Positions 8,560 through 16,828 of a DNA stretch of 64,000 bases are shown here, one piece after another. The stretch spans positions 4,714-68,713 of the forward strand of contig JAGBFD010000070.1 in NCBI GenBank assembly GCA_017936645.1. Direction: 5' to 3'. Under the pieces are notes generated by a model. That model did not search any database, had not been told where the DNA came from, and worked only from the letters and a program-made list of their open reading frames with translations. The position numbers and the translations under genes are program-made. Each line of letters opens with the position of its first letter. Position 1 is the stretch's first letter. The DNA is from Clostridia bacterium. Its GTDB lineage: Bacteria; Bacillota; Clostridia; Oscillospirales; Acutalibacteraceae.

Positions 8560-10056
8560 ATGGCGACAAAAGTAATCACAAAAGAAAAGAGTATAAAACT
8601 GCAGAAGAAGTATGAAAAAGAAATTCTGAAATGGGAAAAAGAAAAAGCAAAACCAAAGGGCAGATATTATTTCGCTTATCTCGTTTTCATCATCACTCTT
8701 ATATATGCTACCGATGAAATTGCTTCACAGATAGGAACATTGATGAAAACTGAAATCGCAAACGATCTTCTCGCTTCTTTCGGTGAAAGATCGGGTACAT
8801 TTCTCGATCTCCTCTCAATACTTATCGTTCCCTTTCAGGCAATAGGTCTTCTGTACCGTCCGCTTGCAGACCGTTGGGGACGCAAGACCTTCCTTGTTAT
8901 CAACACTTTCGGAATGAGCTTTGCTCTGTTTGTAATCTTTTTATCAAACTATCTTGAACCGTACTTCAGCTTTTTTCCCTTATTCAGTCTGATTTGCTAT
9001 TTCCTGGGTGCTTGTATGGTTCAGTTTTTCATACCGCACGATATGCACGTCGTGTACATTATGGAATCTTCTCCGTCAAAGCACCGAGGCAAAGTGTATT
9101 CGTCAATCAAATTTATAGCAAATATATCAGTAATGCTCGTTCCCGTTCTCAGAAGAGCACTTATGGAATCAGCTGCGGAGTGGCACAAAGTCTTTTTAAT
9201 TCCGGCAATCGTCGGACTGGTTTCCAGCTTCATAGCTCTTCTGACAGCAAGAGAAACTGATTCATTCATCGAATCACGTCTGCGTTATCTCAGAATGACA
9301 GACGAAGAAAGAGAAGCCGAAAAGAAAAAGAAAGATGTACAAAACGCGCAGGGCGGTCTTATCCCCGCACTTAAGTTCGCAATGAAACACAAACAGCTTC
9401 GTTGGCTTTACATAACCTCATCGATAGTTAATATCGGATTTATCGGCACGGTAAACTATCAGGTCATTATGACCTACGGCTACGCTCAGCATCACGTAAA
9501 AGAAGGACTGTTTGCAACACTTGAAGCCGCACTTGAAGCAGTAAGCATCGGTGACGTAACCACAGCATTGTTTATGTTCCCCGTCGGCTGCGCTGTTTCA
9601 CAGGTTATAATGGGATTCATCTCTGACATCAAGGGTAGAAAAACTGCTGCAATCGTAACCGCAGTAAACTGTATGATAGCATTTTTAACATTCACGGTCG
9701 GCTCATCACTCGGTTGGAATCCTACTCTCGTAGGCTTCCTGTGCGGTGCAAGCATCGGAAGCTACTATTCAACCAATGACGTTCTTATTATGATGATCGG
9801 TGAATCCTCGCCCACAAACCTTCGTTCTTCGACTATGTCGGCACAATTCCTCGTTACAGCTGTAGGATTTGCGTTATCATATATAGTCGGCATTGGTGTT
9901 CCGCTTATTACAGGACTCGGAAACACGATTATCGGCATTGTTTCACTTGCACTTCTTGTTCCGGGATTTATCGGAGCTTTCTTTGCACTTATGTTTAAAA
10001 CTCACGATACAAAAGGAATTGATATGGATACCGTTACAGGTTGCGAATGGGATTGA
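8560..10056 (+). CDS. MFS transporter with a Lys-rich N-terminal cytoplasmic extension
   Basis: 498 aa with about 12 hydrophobic segments. The RPLADRWGRK loop matches the MFS signature. AAGGAG RBS present. Confidence 0.7.
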   Translation: MATKVITKEKSIKLQKKYEKEILKWEKEKAKPKGRYYFAYLVFIITLIYATDEIASQIGTLMKTEIANDLLASFGERSGTFLDLLSILIVPFQAIGLLYRPLADRWGRKTFLVINTFGMSFALFVIFLSNYLEPYFSFFPLFSLICYFLGACMVQFFIPHDMHVVYIMESSPSKHRGKVYSSIKFIANISVMLVPVLRRALMESAAEWHKVFLIPAIVGLVSSFIALLTARETDSFIESRLRYLRMTDEEREAEKKKKDVQNAQGGLIPALKFAMKHKQLRWLYITSSIVNIGFIGTVNYQVIMTYGYAQHHVKEGLFATLEAALEAVSIGDVTTALFMFPVGCAVSQVIMGFISDIKGRKTAAIVTAVNCMIAFLTFTVGSSLGWNPTLVGFLCGASIGSYYSTNDVLIMMIGESSPTNLRSSTMSAQFLVTAVGFALSYIVGIGVPLITGLGNTIIGIVSLALLVPGFIGAFFALMFKTHDTKGIDMDTVTGCEWD

Positions 10057-10078
10057 TTTGATAAAATATCGCAAAAAA

Positions 10079-10117
10079 TGAAGTTGCTCCATAAAAGAGC
10101 AACTTCATTTTCTGTTT
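10079..10117. terminator. bidirectional terminator between convergent genes
   Basis: Stem TGAAGTTGCTC/GAGCAACTTCA (10079-10107), A-run before and TTTTCTGTTT after. Confidence 0.75.
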
Positions 10118-10128
10118 CAACATATTTA

Positions 10129-11220
10129 TCAAAGTGTAGAAATAATTTCTTTAAACTCATGGGATTCTCTGAAATCTTCTGACAATGGATATTTTTCAGT
10201 TAAAAGCTCCTTTATCTGCATTTTAGCAACATAAGTAGTACCTAAAGTGTGCTTGTCAAATTTATTACCTTCAAACATTACTGAGTGCATGGTTGTAATC
10301 CTATCCATATCATCAAACTTGATAGCAAGGTCACACATTTTTTTAAAGTTTTTCAATGCGTTAGCATTATCACCGATTTTGAAATATCTTACACCTAAAT
10401 GTCCGTAATTGTACATTACTGTACGCCACATCTTACCGTAATGCCCGTCATCATAAACAAAATTTAAAAAGTCAAGTTCTGCTTTGAAAGCTGAAAGCAC
10501 CCATTCGTCAGAGAAGCTTCTGTCATAGAAAAAGCCATTATAGTGAAAATAATGAGAATACACCGTATTGAGCAACAAAAACTGTTCTTCAAGTGTGTCC
10601 ATTATTATCTCATCGCCATTCGGATAATTTTCGGGGTAATAAAAACAGAACATTTCCTGACCGTCTCTCATTCTTGGCATTTCTTTTATGATTTTCTCAC
10701 AGTCCTCAAATGTTATACCGCTTCCTTCTTTTTCTGAAAGACCTTTGTAGAGTTCAGCGATATGTCTTTTGGCAGAAATGCGTATTTTGTCATTGTTGCA
10801 GTTCTGCTTGATGTTTTCATATATTGCAATTATCTTTGCAACATTTTCGGGTGTATTTTCTTTGAAATGAACAAGACAAGACATATATCTCAAAAGAATA
10901 CGAAAATCATTAGGAAACTTTTCTTTGAGCTTATTTATTATTTCCAATTTCAATTCTTTGTCTCTGATATTATCATAAGCTTCAAGTTCTTTGATTATTT
11001 CAGCCTCGTCTTCTGCTCTGTTAACACCAAGCAGCTCATCGACACTTACCTTGAAAAAACCTGCAATTTCAGGAAGAATTGTAATGTCGGGATAACTTTC
11101 TCCGCGTTCCCAATTGCTGATGCTTTGAGAAGTAACACCTAAAAACTCCGAAAGGTTTTCTTGCGTAAGTCCTTTTTCAAGCCTTAATCTTTTTATATTT
11201 TCGCTTAAGTAAATAGTCAT
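10129..11220 (-). CDS. XRE-family HTH regulator with a long helical repeat (TPR-like) C-terminal domain
   Basis: N-terminal LRLEKGLTQENLSEFLGVTSQSISNWERGESYPDI is a canonical XRE HTH. About 290 further residues are helix-rich and show no enzyme motifs. Confidence 0.75.
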   Translation of the reverse strand: MTIYLSENIKRLRLEKGLTQENLSEFLGVTSQSISNWERGESYPDITILPEIAGFFKVSVDELLGVNRAEDEAEIIKELEAYDNIRDKELKLEIINKLKEKFPNDFRILLRYMSCLVHFKENTPENVAKIIAIYENIKQNCNNDKIRISAKRHIAELYKGLSEKEGSGITFEDCEKIIKEMPRMRDGQEMFCFYYPENYPNGDEIIMDTLEEQFLLLNTVYSHYFHYNGFFYDRSFSDEWVLSAFKAELDFLNFVYDDGHYGKMWRTVMYNYGHLGVRYFKIGDNANALKNFKKMCDLAIKFDDMDRITTMHSVMFEGNKFDKHTLGTTYVAKMQIKELLTEKYPLSEDFRESHEFKEIISTL

Positions 11221-11287
11221 TTTCTATCACCTCTGATTAGATTTGTTGACCGGTCTATACACATAATATAGTATCAAAAGATAAAAA

Positions 11288-11306
11288 ACAATAAAGCATT
11301 TATTGT
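11288..11306. promoter_or_regulatory. perfect palindrome upstream of the XRE/TPR regulator gene, candidate operator
   Basis: ACAATAAA-GCA-TTTATTGT (8-bp arms). It overlaps the -35 zone of an extended -10 promoter (TGATACTAT; TACTAT = 11273-11268, minus strand). Confidence 0.3.
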
Positions 11307-11340
11307 AAACAACTAAAGTAACTCTTGAAAAAAACAAAAA

Positions 11341-11388
11341 AACAGCTATATCACTAATATCCGTTTGAGATATTTTGATACAGCTGTT
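11341..11388 (-). terminator. terminator downstream of the YitT-family gene
   Basis: Arms AACAGCTATATC/GATACAGCTGTT. The minus-strand transcript is followed by TTTTTTTGTTTTT (11340-11328). Confidence 0.65.
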
Positions 11389-11395
11389 TAATTTT

Positions 11396-12310
11396 TTAAT
11401 CTCCTGCCGCAGGTGGTGTGAAGCCTTTTCCAAGGATCTCGTTTGCTTCTGTAAGAACGACAAACGAGTCAGGGTCAAGTTCTTTTACTTTTTTTCGTAT
11501 TTTGGGTATCTCGTGGCTTCTTGCGGCAACGATTACAAGCTCATTCGTATCGCCTGTGTAACCGCCCTTGCCTTCGATTATAGTTGCACCTCTTTTACAG
11601 GCTTCGGTTATCATCTTTGCTATCTCATCACCTTTTTTAGTGAAGATATAAAGCATTTTGCCGCTTCCCGTACCGTAGAGAATGTGATCCATAACTTCAG
11701 AGCTTGCAAAAATAAGTATCGCCGCATACATAGCACTGTCAACACTCTTGAATACAATAGCAGCAGTTATAACAACAGCAGCATCGCAGACAAGAATCAT
11801 AGTACCCATAGTCATATGAGGCCAGATTTTTTTAAGTAATCTGCCGAGGACATCCGTACCGCCCGAAGTTGCACCGCGGACAATAATCAATGCAATTCCT
11901 GCACCGCACATAGCACCGCAGAAAAGAGAAGCGAGCAGCTTGTCGCCTGTATAAGCACCGATAAATCCTGCATCCATAACAGCAGCAACACCGTCGATAC
12001 AAAGTGACAGCACAACGGTCGTCCACAATGTTTTAAGAGTAAATGCCTTTCCTATGAATATCCAGGCAAGGATTATCAGCGGGACATTGAGTACCAATCC
12101 GGTAAGACCTACAGGAAGCTGAGGCACAAGATAATTTATTATGATAGCAAGACCCGTAATTCCGCTTTGTGCAATGTTATTGGGTATCGCAAAAATATTT
12201 ACACCTGCAGCATACAGCAAACATCCGAAAAGATAATATACATTATCAATTGCAAACTCTTTTATACTGAAATTTTTAAAAACAGATTTGATGCTTTCAC
12301 CCTTTTTCAA
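11396..12310 (-). CDS. YitT-family membrane protein (DUF2179-type C-terminal domain)
   Basis: Five or six TM segments plus a C-terminal soluble domain, as in YitT. GGAGG lies 7 nt before TTG 12310, which is preferred over the track start 12334 (also TTG). Confidence 0.7.
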   Translation of the reverse strand: MKKGESIKSVFKNFSIKEFAIDNVYYLFGCLLYAAGVNIFAIPNNIAQSGITGLAIIINYLVPQLPVGLTGLVLNVPLIILAWIFIGKAFTLKTLWTTVVLSLCIDGVAAVMDAGFIGAYTGDKLLASLFCGAMCGAGIALIIVRGATSGGTDVLGRLLKKIWPHMTMGTMILVCDAAVVITAAIVFKSVDSAMYAAILIFASSEVMDHILYGTGSGKMLYIFTKKGDEIAKMITEACKRGATIIEGKGGYTGDTNELVIVAARSHEIPKIRKKVKELDPDSFVVLTEANEILGKGFTPPAAGD

Positions 12311-12323
12311 TTTCAAGCCTCCG

Positions 12324-12716
12324 TTAAGCTTCAATAATATAAAACAGCTCTTTGATTCTGTCTATCTCATCTGAAAGATACAAGTAGCCGATAAGAGCTT
12401 CAAAACCCGTAGCCATATGATAATCGCTCTGAGATGCATTCTTAGGCAAGTGTCCCGATTTTGCGTTTCTTCCGCGTTTGTAGACAGATGTCTCTTTTTC
12501 GGTAAGATGCGGAAGCAATTTTTCAACGAATCCTGCCTGTGCAGATGCTTTAACTTTCTGAACAGCAAGATTGTGAAGATCATTAGCAGGTCGGTTTGCT
12601 TCACATATAAGAGTTTCTCTTACAAGCAAATCAAAAACAGTATCACCTATAAATGCAAGTGTCAGAGGACTTAACTCGTTCGGTTTTATATCTTTTTCTT
12701 TAAATAATCTTTCCAT
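12324..12716 (-). CDS. mrnC: mini-ribonuclease III
   Basis: 130 aa. LAFIGDTVFDLLVRE and ATGFEALIGYLYL are RNase III-like signature blocks of Mini-III. Confidence 0.85.
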   Translation of the reverse strand: MERLFKEKDIKPNELSPLTLAFIGDTVFDLLVRETLICEANRPANDLHNLAVQKVKASAQAGFVEKLLPHLTEKETSVYKRGRNAKSGHLPKNASQSDYHMATGFEALIGYLYLSDEIDRIKELFYIIEA

Positions 12717-12723
12717 TTTTCAA

Positions 12724-13995
12724 TTACGGCACGAAGTCAAATTCAAGGTCATAAATGACAACCGTGTCGCCTTCCTGTATTCCTTTTTCTTCAAGTGCAT
12801 CTATGATACCGCTTGACTGCAAGACTCTCTGAAAATACTGCAATGACTCATAATCATCAAGATCGGTTCTCTGCAATATCTTAAGAAGCCATTCACCTTC
12901 AACAAAGTACATATCATCTTCGACAGTAATGGTGAATTTACCGCTGCTGTTCTTTTCGAAGAATTCGGCAGGAATCTCTTCCTTCTCATATTTTTTGATA
13001 GGAGGCAGAGTTGCAAGCTTTGCGGCAACAGCATTAATAACCTCCTGTGTGCCCTCAACTATCGGTGCACACATCGTAAAATACTGATAACCTCTTTCAG
13101 TAAAGTACTTTTCGAGTTTTTCAAGCTGTTCGTCAGTCGCAAGATCAATTTTATTGCCTACGACAATCTGCGGCAGGTCCTTCATATCAGGATTGAACTT
13201 GACAAGTTCAGCGTTGATAGTGTTGAAGTCTTCAATAGGATCTCTGCCTTCACTGCCTGCAGCATCAATAATATGCACAAGCAGACGGCAACGCTCAACA
13301 TGGCGAAGGAACTCGTGGCCAAGTCCTATTCCATCGCTCGCACCTTCAATGAGTCCCGGTATATCCGCCATAACAAAAGAATTACCCTCACCCATTGAAA
13401 CGACACCGAGAACGGGAGTAAGTGTTGTGAAGTGGTAATCGGCAATAATCGGTTTTGCCTGGCTGACTACTGAGATAAGCGTTGACTTTCCGACATTAGG
13501 AAATCCGAGCAGACCTACATCAGCGAGGAGCTTGAGTTCAAGACTTACCTCCCACTCTTCACCCGGCACACCGGGCTTAGAAAAACGTGGAGCCTGTCTT
13601 GTAGGTGTAGCAAAATGTGCATTACCCCATCCGCCTCTGCCGCCTTTTGCAGCAATGAACTCATAATCGTCAGACATATCCGCCATAACCTTACCGCTTT
13701 GTATCTCACGGATAACAGTACCTCTCGGAACTTCAATTATAAGATCCTCGCCTCTCCTGCCGCTTCTGCGACCGGTCTGACCGGGTTCACCGTTAGGCGC
13801 CTTGTAATTTCTCTTGTAACGGAAATCAGCAAGAGTGGCAAGATTATCATTAACTTTAAAAACGATATTTCCGCCTCTGCCGCCGTCGCCACCGTCAGGA
13901 CCACCTGCGGCAACATACTTTTCACGGTGGAAAGCGACAGCTCCGTTACCGCCGTCGCCCGCTTTGATTTTAATTTTCGCTATGTCTACAAACAT
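12724..13995 (-). CDS. obg: GTPase Obg/CgtA
   Basis: MFVDIAKIKIKAGDGGNGAVAFHREKY Obg fold, GFPNVGKST P-loop, DIPG and NKID motifs, and a C-terminal TGS-like/OCT domain. Confidence 0.95.
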   Translation of the reverse strand: MFVDIAKIKIKAGDGGNGAVAFHREKYVAAGGPDGGDGGRGGNIVFKVNDNLATLADFRYKRNYKAPNGEPGQTGRRSGRRGEDLIIEVPRGTVIREIQSGKVMADMSDDYEFIAAKGGRGGWGNAHFATPTRQAPRFSKPGVPGEEWEVSLELKLLADVGLLGFPNVGKSTLISVVSQAKPIIADYHFTTLTPVLGVVSMGEGNSFVMADIPGLIEGASDGIGLGHEFLRHVERCRLLVHIIDAAGSEGRDPIEDFNTINAELVKFNPDMKDLPQIVVGNKIDLATDEQLEKLEKYFTERGYQYFTMCAPIVEGTQEVINAVAAKLATLPPIKKYEKEEIPAEFFEKNSSGKFTITVEDDMYFVEGEWLLKILQRTDLDDYESLQYFQRVLQSSGIIDALEEKGIQEGDTVVIYDLEFDFVP

Positions 13996-14016
13996 AGTAA
14001 CTGTACCTCTGAAATC

Positions 14017-14670
14017 TTATTTTAACTCAGCTCTTGCAGCCTTGATATTTTCAACAAACTGCTTAGCTGTCTCAGTAATCTTTTTATAATCGCCTGTATT
14101 GGCACCTGCTGTAAGTGATGAACCTGCACCGACTGCTACGGCACCTGCCCTGATCCATTCACCGACATTATTTACGTCAACACCGCCTGTCGGCATCATC
14201 TTAGCATAGGGAATCGGACCTCTGATATCTTTTATAATCTTCGGGCCGAAAAGGTCTCCGGGGAAAACTTTGAGAATGTCTGCACCGTTTTCCATAGCAA
14301 TAACACCTTCACGTACCGTCATAATACCCGGCATCATCGCGACTCTGTAGCGGTTGCACATTTTAAGTGTTTCAAGATCAAGATACGGACTTACGATATA
14401 CTGTGCACCGCTGAGCATCGCTATACGTGCCGTCGCAGCATCCATAACTGTACCTGCACCGAGTATGATGTCATTTTCATCATATTTCTTTGCAAGTTCT
14501 TCAATTACTCTGTCAGCGTGAGGAACTGTGAATGTAAGCTCAATAGCGGCAACTCCGCCTTCCATACAGGCGTCCACAATTCTCTCTGCTTTATCTGTGC
14601 TTTCGGCACGAACAACAGCAACAATGCCGCAGTCCTGTATTCTGGTTAAAATTCTTTCTTTATCCATCAT
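14017..14670 (-). CDS. eda: 2-dehydro-3-deoxy-phosphogluconate (KDPG) aldolase
   Basis: 217 aa. IVAVVRA..., IELTFT and the GA..VSPY and KVFPG blocks are typical of Eda-type class I aldolases. Confidence 0.85.
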   Translation of the reverse strand: MMDKERILTRIQDCGIVAVVRAESTDKAERIVDACMEGGVAAIELTFTVPHADRVIEELAKKYDENDIILGAGTVMDAATARIAMLSGAQYIVSPYLDLETLKMCNRYRVAMMPGIMTVREGVIAMENGADILKVFPGDLFGPKIIKDIRGPIPYAKMMPTGGVDVNNVGEWIRAGAVAVGAGSSLTAGANTGDYKKITETAKQFVENIKAARAELK

Positions 14671-14679
14671 GATTACTCC

Positions 14680-15777
14680 TTATCTCTGTACTCTCGCACC
14701 TGCACCGCTGACAATTCTTTCGACTTCAGCTTTACTTGCCATTGAAGTGTCGCCGGGAGTTGTCATAGCAAGTGCACCGTGAGCTACACCGTAATTAACC
14801 GCTGTCTGTGCATCGCCTGTAGTCATAAGACCGTAAACCAGTCCTGATGCAAAGCTGTCTCCTCCGCCTACGCGGTCATATATCTCAAGAGCCGGAAGCT
14901 CAAGACCTTTATATATCTTTCCGTCTGCCCAGCAGATTGCACTCCAGTCGTTGACTGTAGCCGTTTTGACAGTACGAAGCGTTGTTGCGATTACTTTAAA
15001 GTTAGGATAAACCTTTACCGCATTTTCAATCATCTTGAAATATCCGTCAAGGTTCAGTTCCTTAAGATTTTCGTCATTACCTTCGACTTCAAGACCGAGA
15101 CAAGCCGTAAAATCTTCTTCATTGCCGATCATAACATCGATGTATTTTGCAATCTCCTTATTGACCTGCTGTGCTTTTTCTTTACCGCCGATATCCTTCC
15201 AGAGTGAAGGACGGTAATTAAGGTCATAAGAAACTATCGTTCCGTATTTTTTAGCAGCCTTGACAGCTTCAATAACAACCTCTGCAGTAGTGTCTGAAAG
15301 TGCGGCAAAAATACCGCCTGTATGAAGCCATCTTACACCGAGAGTGCCAAAGATATAGTCCCAGTCAATATCTCCTGCTTTGAGCTGAGAAGCTGCTGTA
15401 TTGCCTCTGTCAGAAACACCGACAGCTCCTCTTATACCGTAACCTCTTTCGGTGAAATTGAGTCCGTTACGTACAGTTCTGCCGATACCGTCATATTTAA
15501 CCCATTTTATCAACGAAGTATCAACTCCGCCCTGAAGAATAAAATCCTCAACAAGGCGACCGACTTCATTGTCGGCAAAAGCCGTGACAACAGATGTCTT
15601 AAGTCCGAAGCATCTTCTGAGTCCCCGTGCAACGTTATACTCACCGCCGCCTTCCCATACGCGGAAGTTTCTGGCTGTTTTTATCCTTCCGTCGCCCGGA
15701 TCAAGTCTGAGCATAACCTCGCCGAGTGAAATCATATCAAAAGTGCATTCATTCTGCTCTCTTAATTTCAAATCCAT
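14680..15777 (-). CDS. kdgK: 2-dehydro-3-deoxygluconokinase (PfkB family)
   Basis: PfkB motifs GEVMLR...GG and a C-terminal GGGDSFASG. AAAGGA lies about 9 nt before ATG 15777, which is preferred over the TTG at 15786. Confidence 0.8.
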   Translation of the reverse strand: MDLKLREQNECTFDMISLGEVMLRLDPGDGRIKTARNFRVWEGGGEYNVARGLRRCFGLKTSVVTAFADNEVGRLVEDFILQGGVDTSLIKWVKYDGIGRTVRNGLNFTERGYGIRGAVGVSDRGNTAASQLKAGDIDWDYIFGTLGVRWLHTGGIFAALSDTTAEVVIEAVKAAKKYGTIVSYDLNYRPSLWKDIGGKEKAQQVNKEIAKYIDVMIGNEEDFTACLGLEVEGNDENLKELNLDGYFKMIENAVKVYPNFKVIATTLRTVKTATVNDWSAICWADGKIYKGLELPALEIYDRVGGGDSFASGLVYGLMTTGDAQTAVNYGVAHGALAMTTPGDTSMASKAEVERIVSGAGARVQR

Positions 15778-15782
15778 ATAAA

Positions 15783-16799
15783 TCAATCCTTTCTTCTGAA
15801 TTTCTTAAACGGTCTTGTAATATAAAAAATTATCATAGTCGGATCTTTAACCATTCTTGCAAATTCGTACAGATGCCTTGATTTGAAGAAAGGTATGAAA
15901 AGCTTTTTTATTTTTGCATCAATGTCATCGTTATTTTTAAAATCTTCAAGCCACTTGTCACCTATACGCTTACTCTCTCTCATTACATACTTCTGTGCAG
16001 GCGTACCGATCGAATTGGTTCTGTTGTAGAATATTGTCTGATACAAATACTGAAGACAGTATGCTCTGAGAAAGCTGCATTCTGAATCTCTGAGAAACTC
16101 ACAAAGGTCATCAAACGACAGTGTAATAGAAAACTTGCTCTCTGAGAAACCGGAAGTAACTGAAGAATTTTCACGTGTATAGTAATAATAAAGAGTAAGG
16201 TCAACTATAGCTGTTTTCATTCCCGTAGCCAATAAACGTATGATATAATTAGCATCTTCACCGTTAGCTATTCCTACAGGAAAACGAGCTTTCAAGGCAT
16301 CCTCACGTTTAAAAAGCTTGGCGCATGAAGATTTACCTATGACATTGCCGTTAACCGTTTTGAACAGCTCCTCGTGCGAAGCGTCATGACAATCATAAGA
16401 TTCGATCAGTGGCATCTCCTCATCAAGCTCATAGGTTGATTTCTGATGTCCCGATACCATACCGTAATCGTTTTCTTCGATACATTTAACGAGTATCTCA
16501 ACCGCTTGGTTATGCATATAATCATCACCGTCGATGAACATAATGTATTCACCGCGGGCTGACTCAAGACCCTTGTTACGTGCAGCAGAAACACCTGCAT
16601 TTTCCTGATAAATATATCTGATACGGCTGTCAGACTTAAGAAGTTCGCCTATAACCTGTGCAGAACTATCAGTACTTCCGTCATCAACGCAGATAACTTC
16701 GATGTTTTTGTAGGTCTGACTTAATATACTTTTAATGCAATGTTCTATATAATCTTCGAGATTGTAAACCGGTATAATTACGCTTACCATAGCAGACAT
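15783..16799 (-). CDS. family 2 glycosyltransferase
   Basis: VSVIIPVYNLEDYIEHCIKSILSQTYKNIEVICVDDGSTDSS and FIDGDD (DxD). The stop (15783-15785) lies 5 nt upstream of the kdgK ATG. Confidence 0.85.
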   Translation of the reverse strand: MSAMVSVIIPVYNLEDYIEHCIKSILSQTYKNIEVICVDDGSTDSSAQVIGELLKSDSRIRYIYQENAGVSAARNKGLESARGEYIMFIDGDDYMHNQAVEILVKCIEENDYGMVSGHQKSTYELDEEMPLIESYDCHDASHEELFKTVNGNVIGKSSCAKLFKREDALKARFPVGIANGEDANYIIRLLATGMKTAIVDLTLYYYYTRENSSVTSGFSESKFSITLSFDDLCEFLRDSECSFLRAYCLQYLYQTIFYNRTNSIGTPAQKYVMRESKRIGDKWLEDFKNNDDIDAKIKKLFIPFFKSRHLYEFARMVKDPTMIIFYITRPFKKFRRKD

Positions 16800-16828
16800 G
16801 CTGCCACCTCACTCAATTAATTAATGAA

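Noticed and set aside
11325-11357. 10-aa TTG-initiated ORF (MKKTKKQLYH), considered as a pheromone for the neighbouring HTH/TPR regulator
   Set aside because: It has no SD and no hydrophobic or secretion segment. It overlaps the yitT terminator stem, so it is most likely a chance ORF.
11246-11400. Plus-strand promoter-like TTGACC-17-TAGTAT feeding into the 11341-11388 hairpin, which would give a roughly 110-nt sRNA
   Set aside because: Promoter-like hexamers are frequent in AT-rich spacers. The hairpin is already explained as the yitT terminator, and the putative RNA is mostly A-runs. The call cannot be supported without transcript data.
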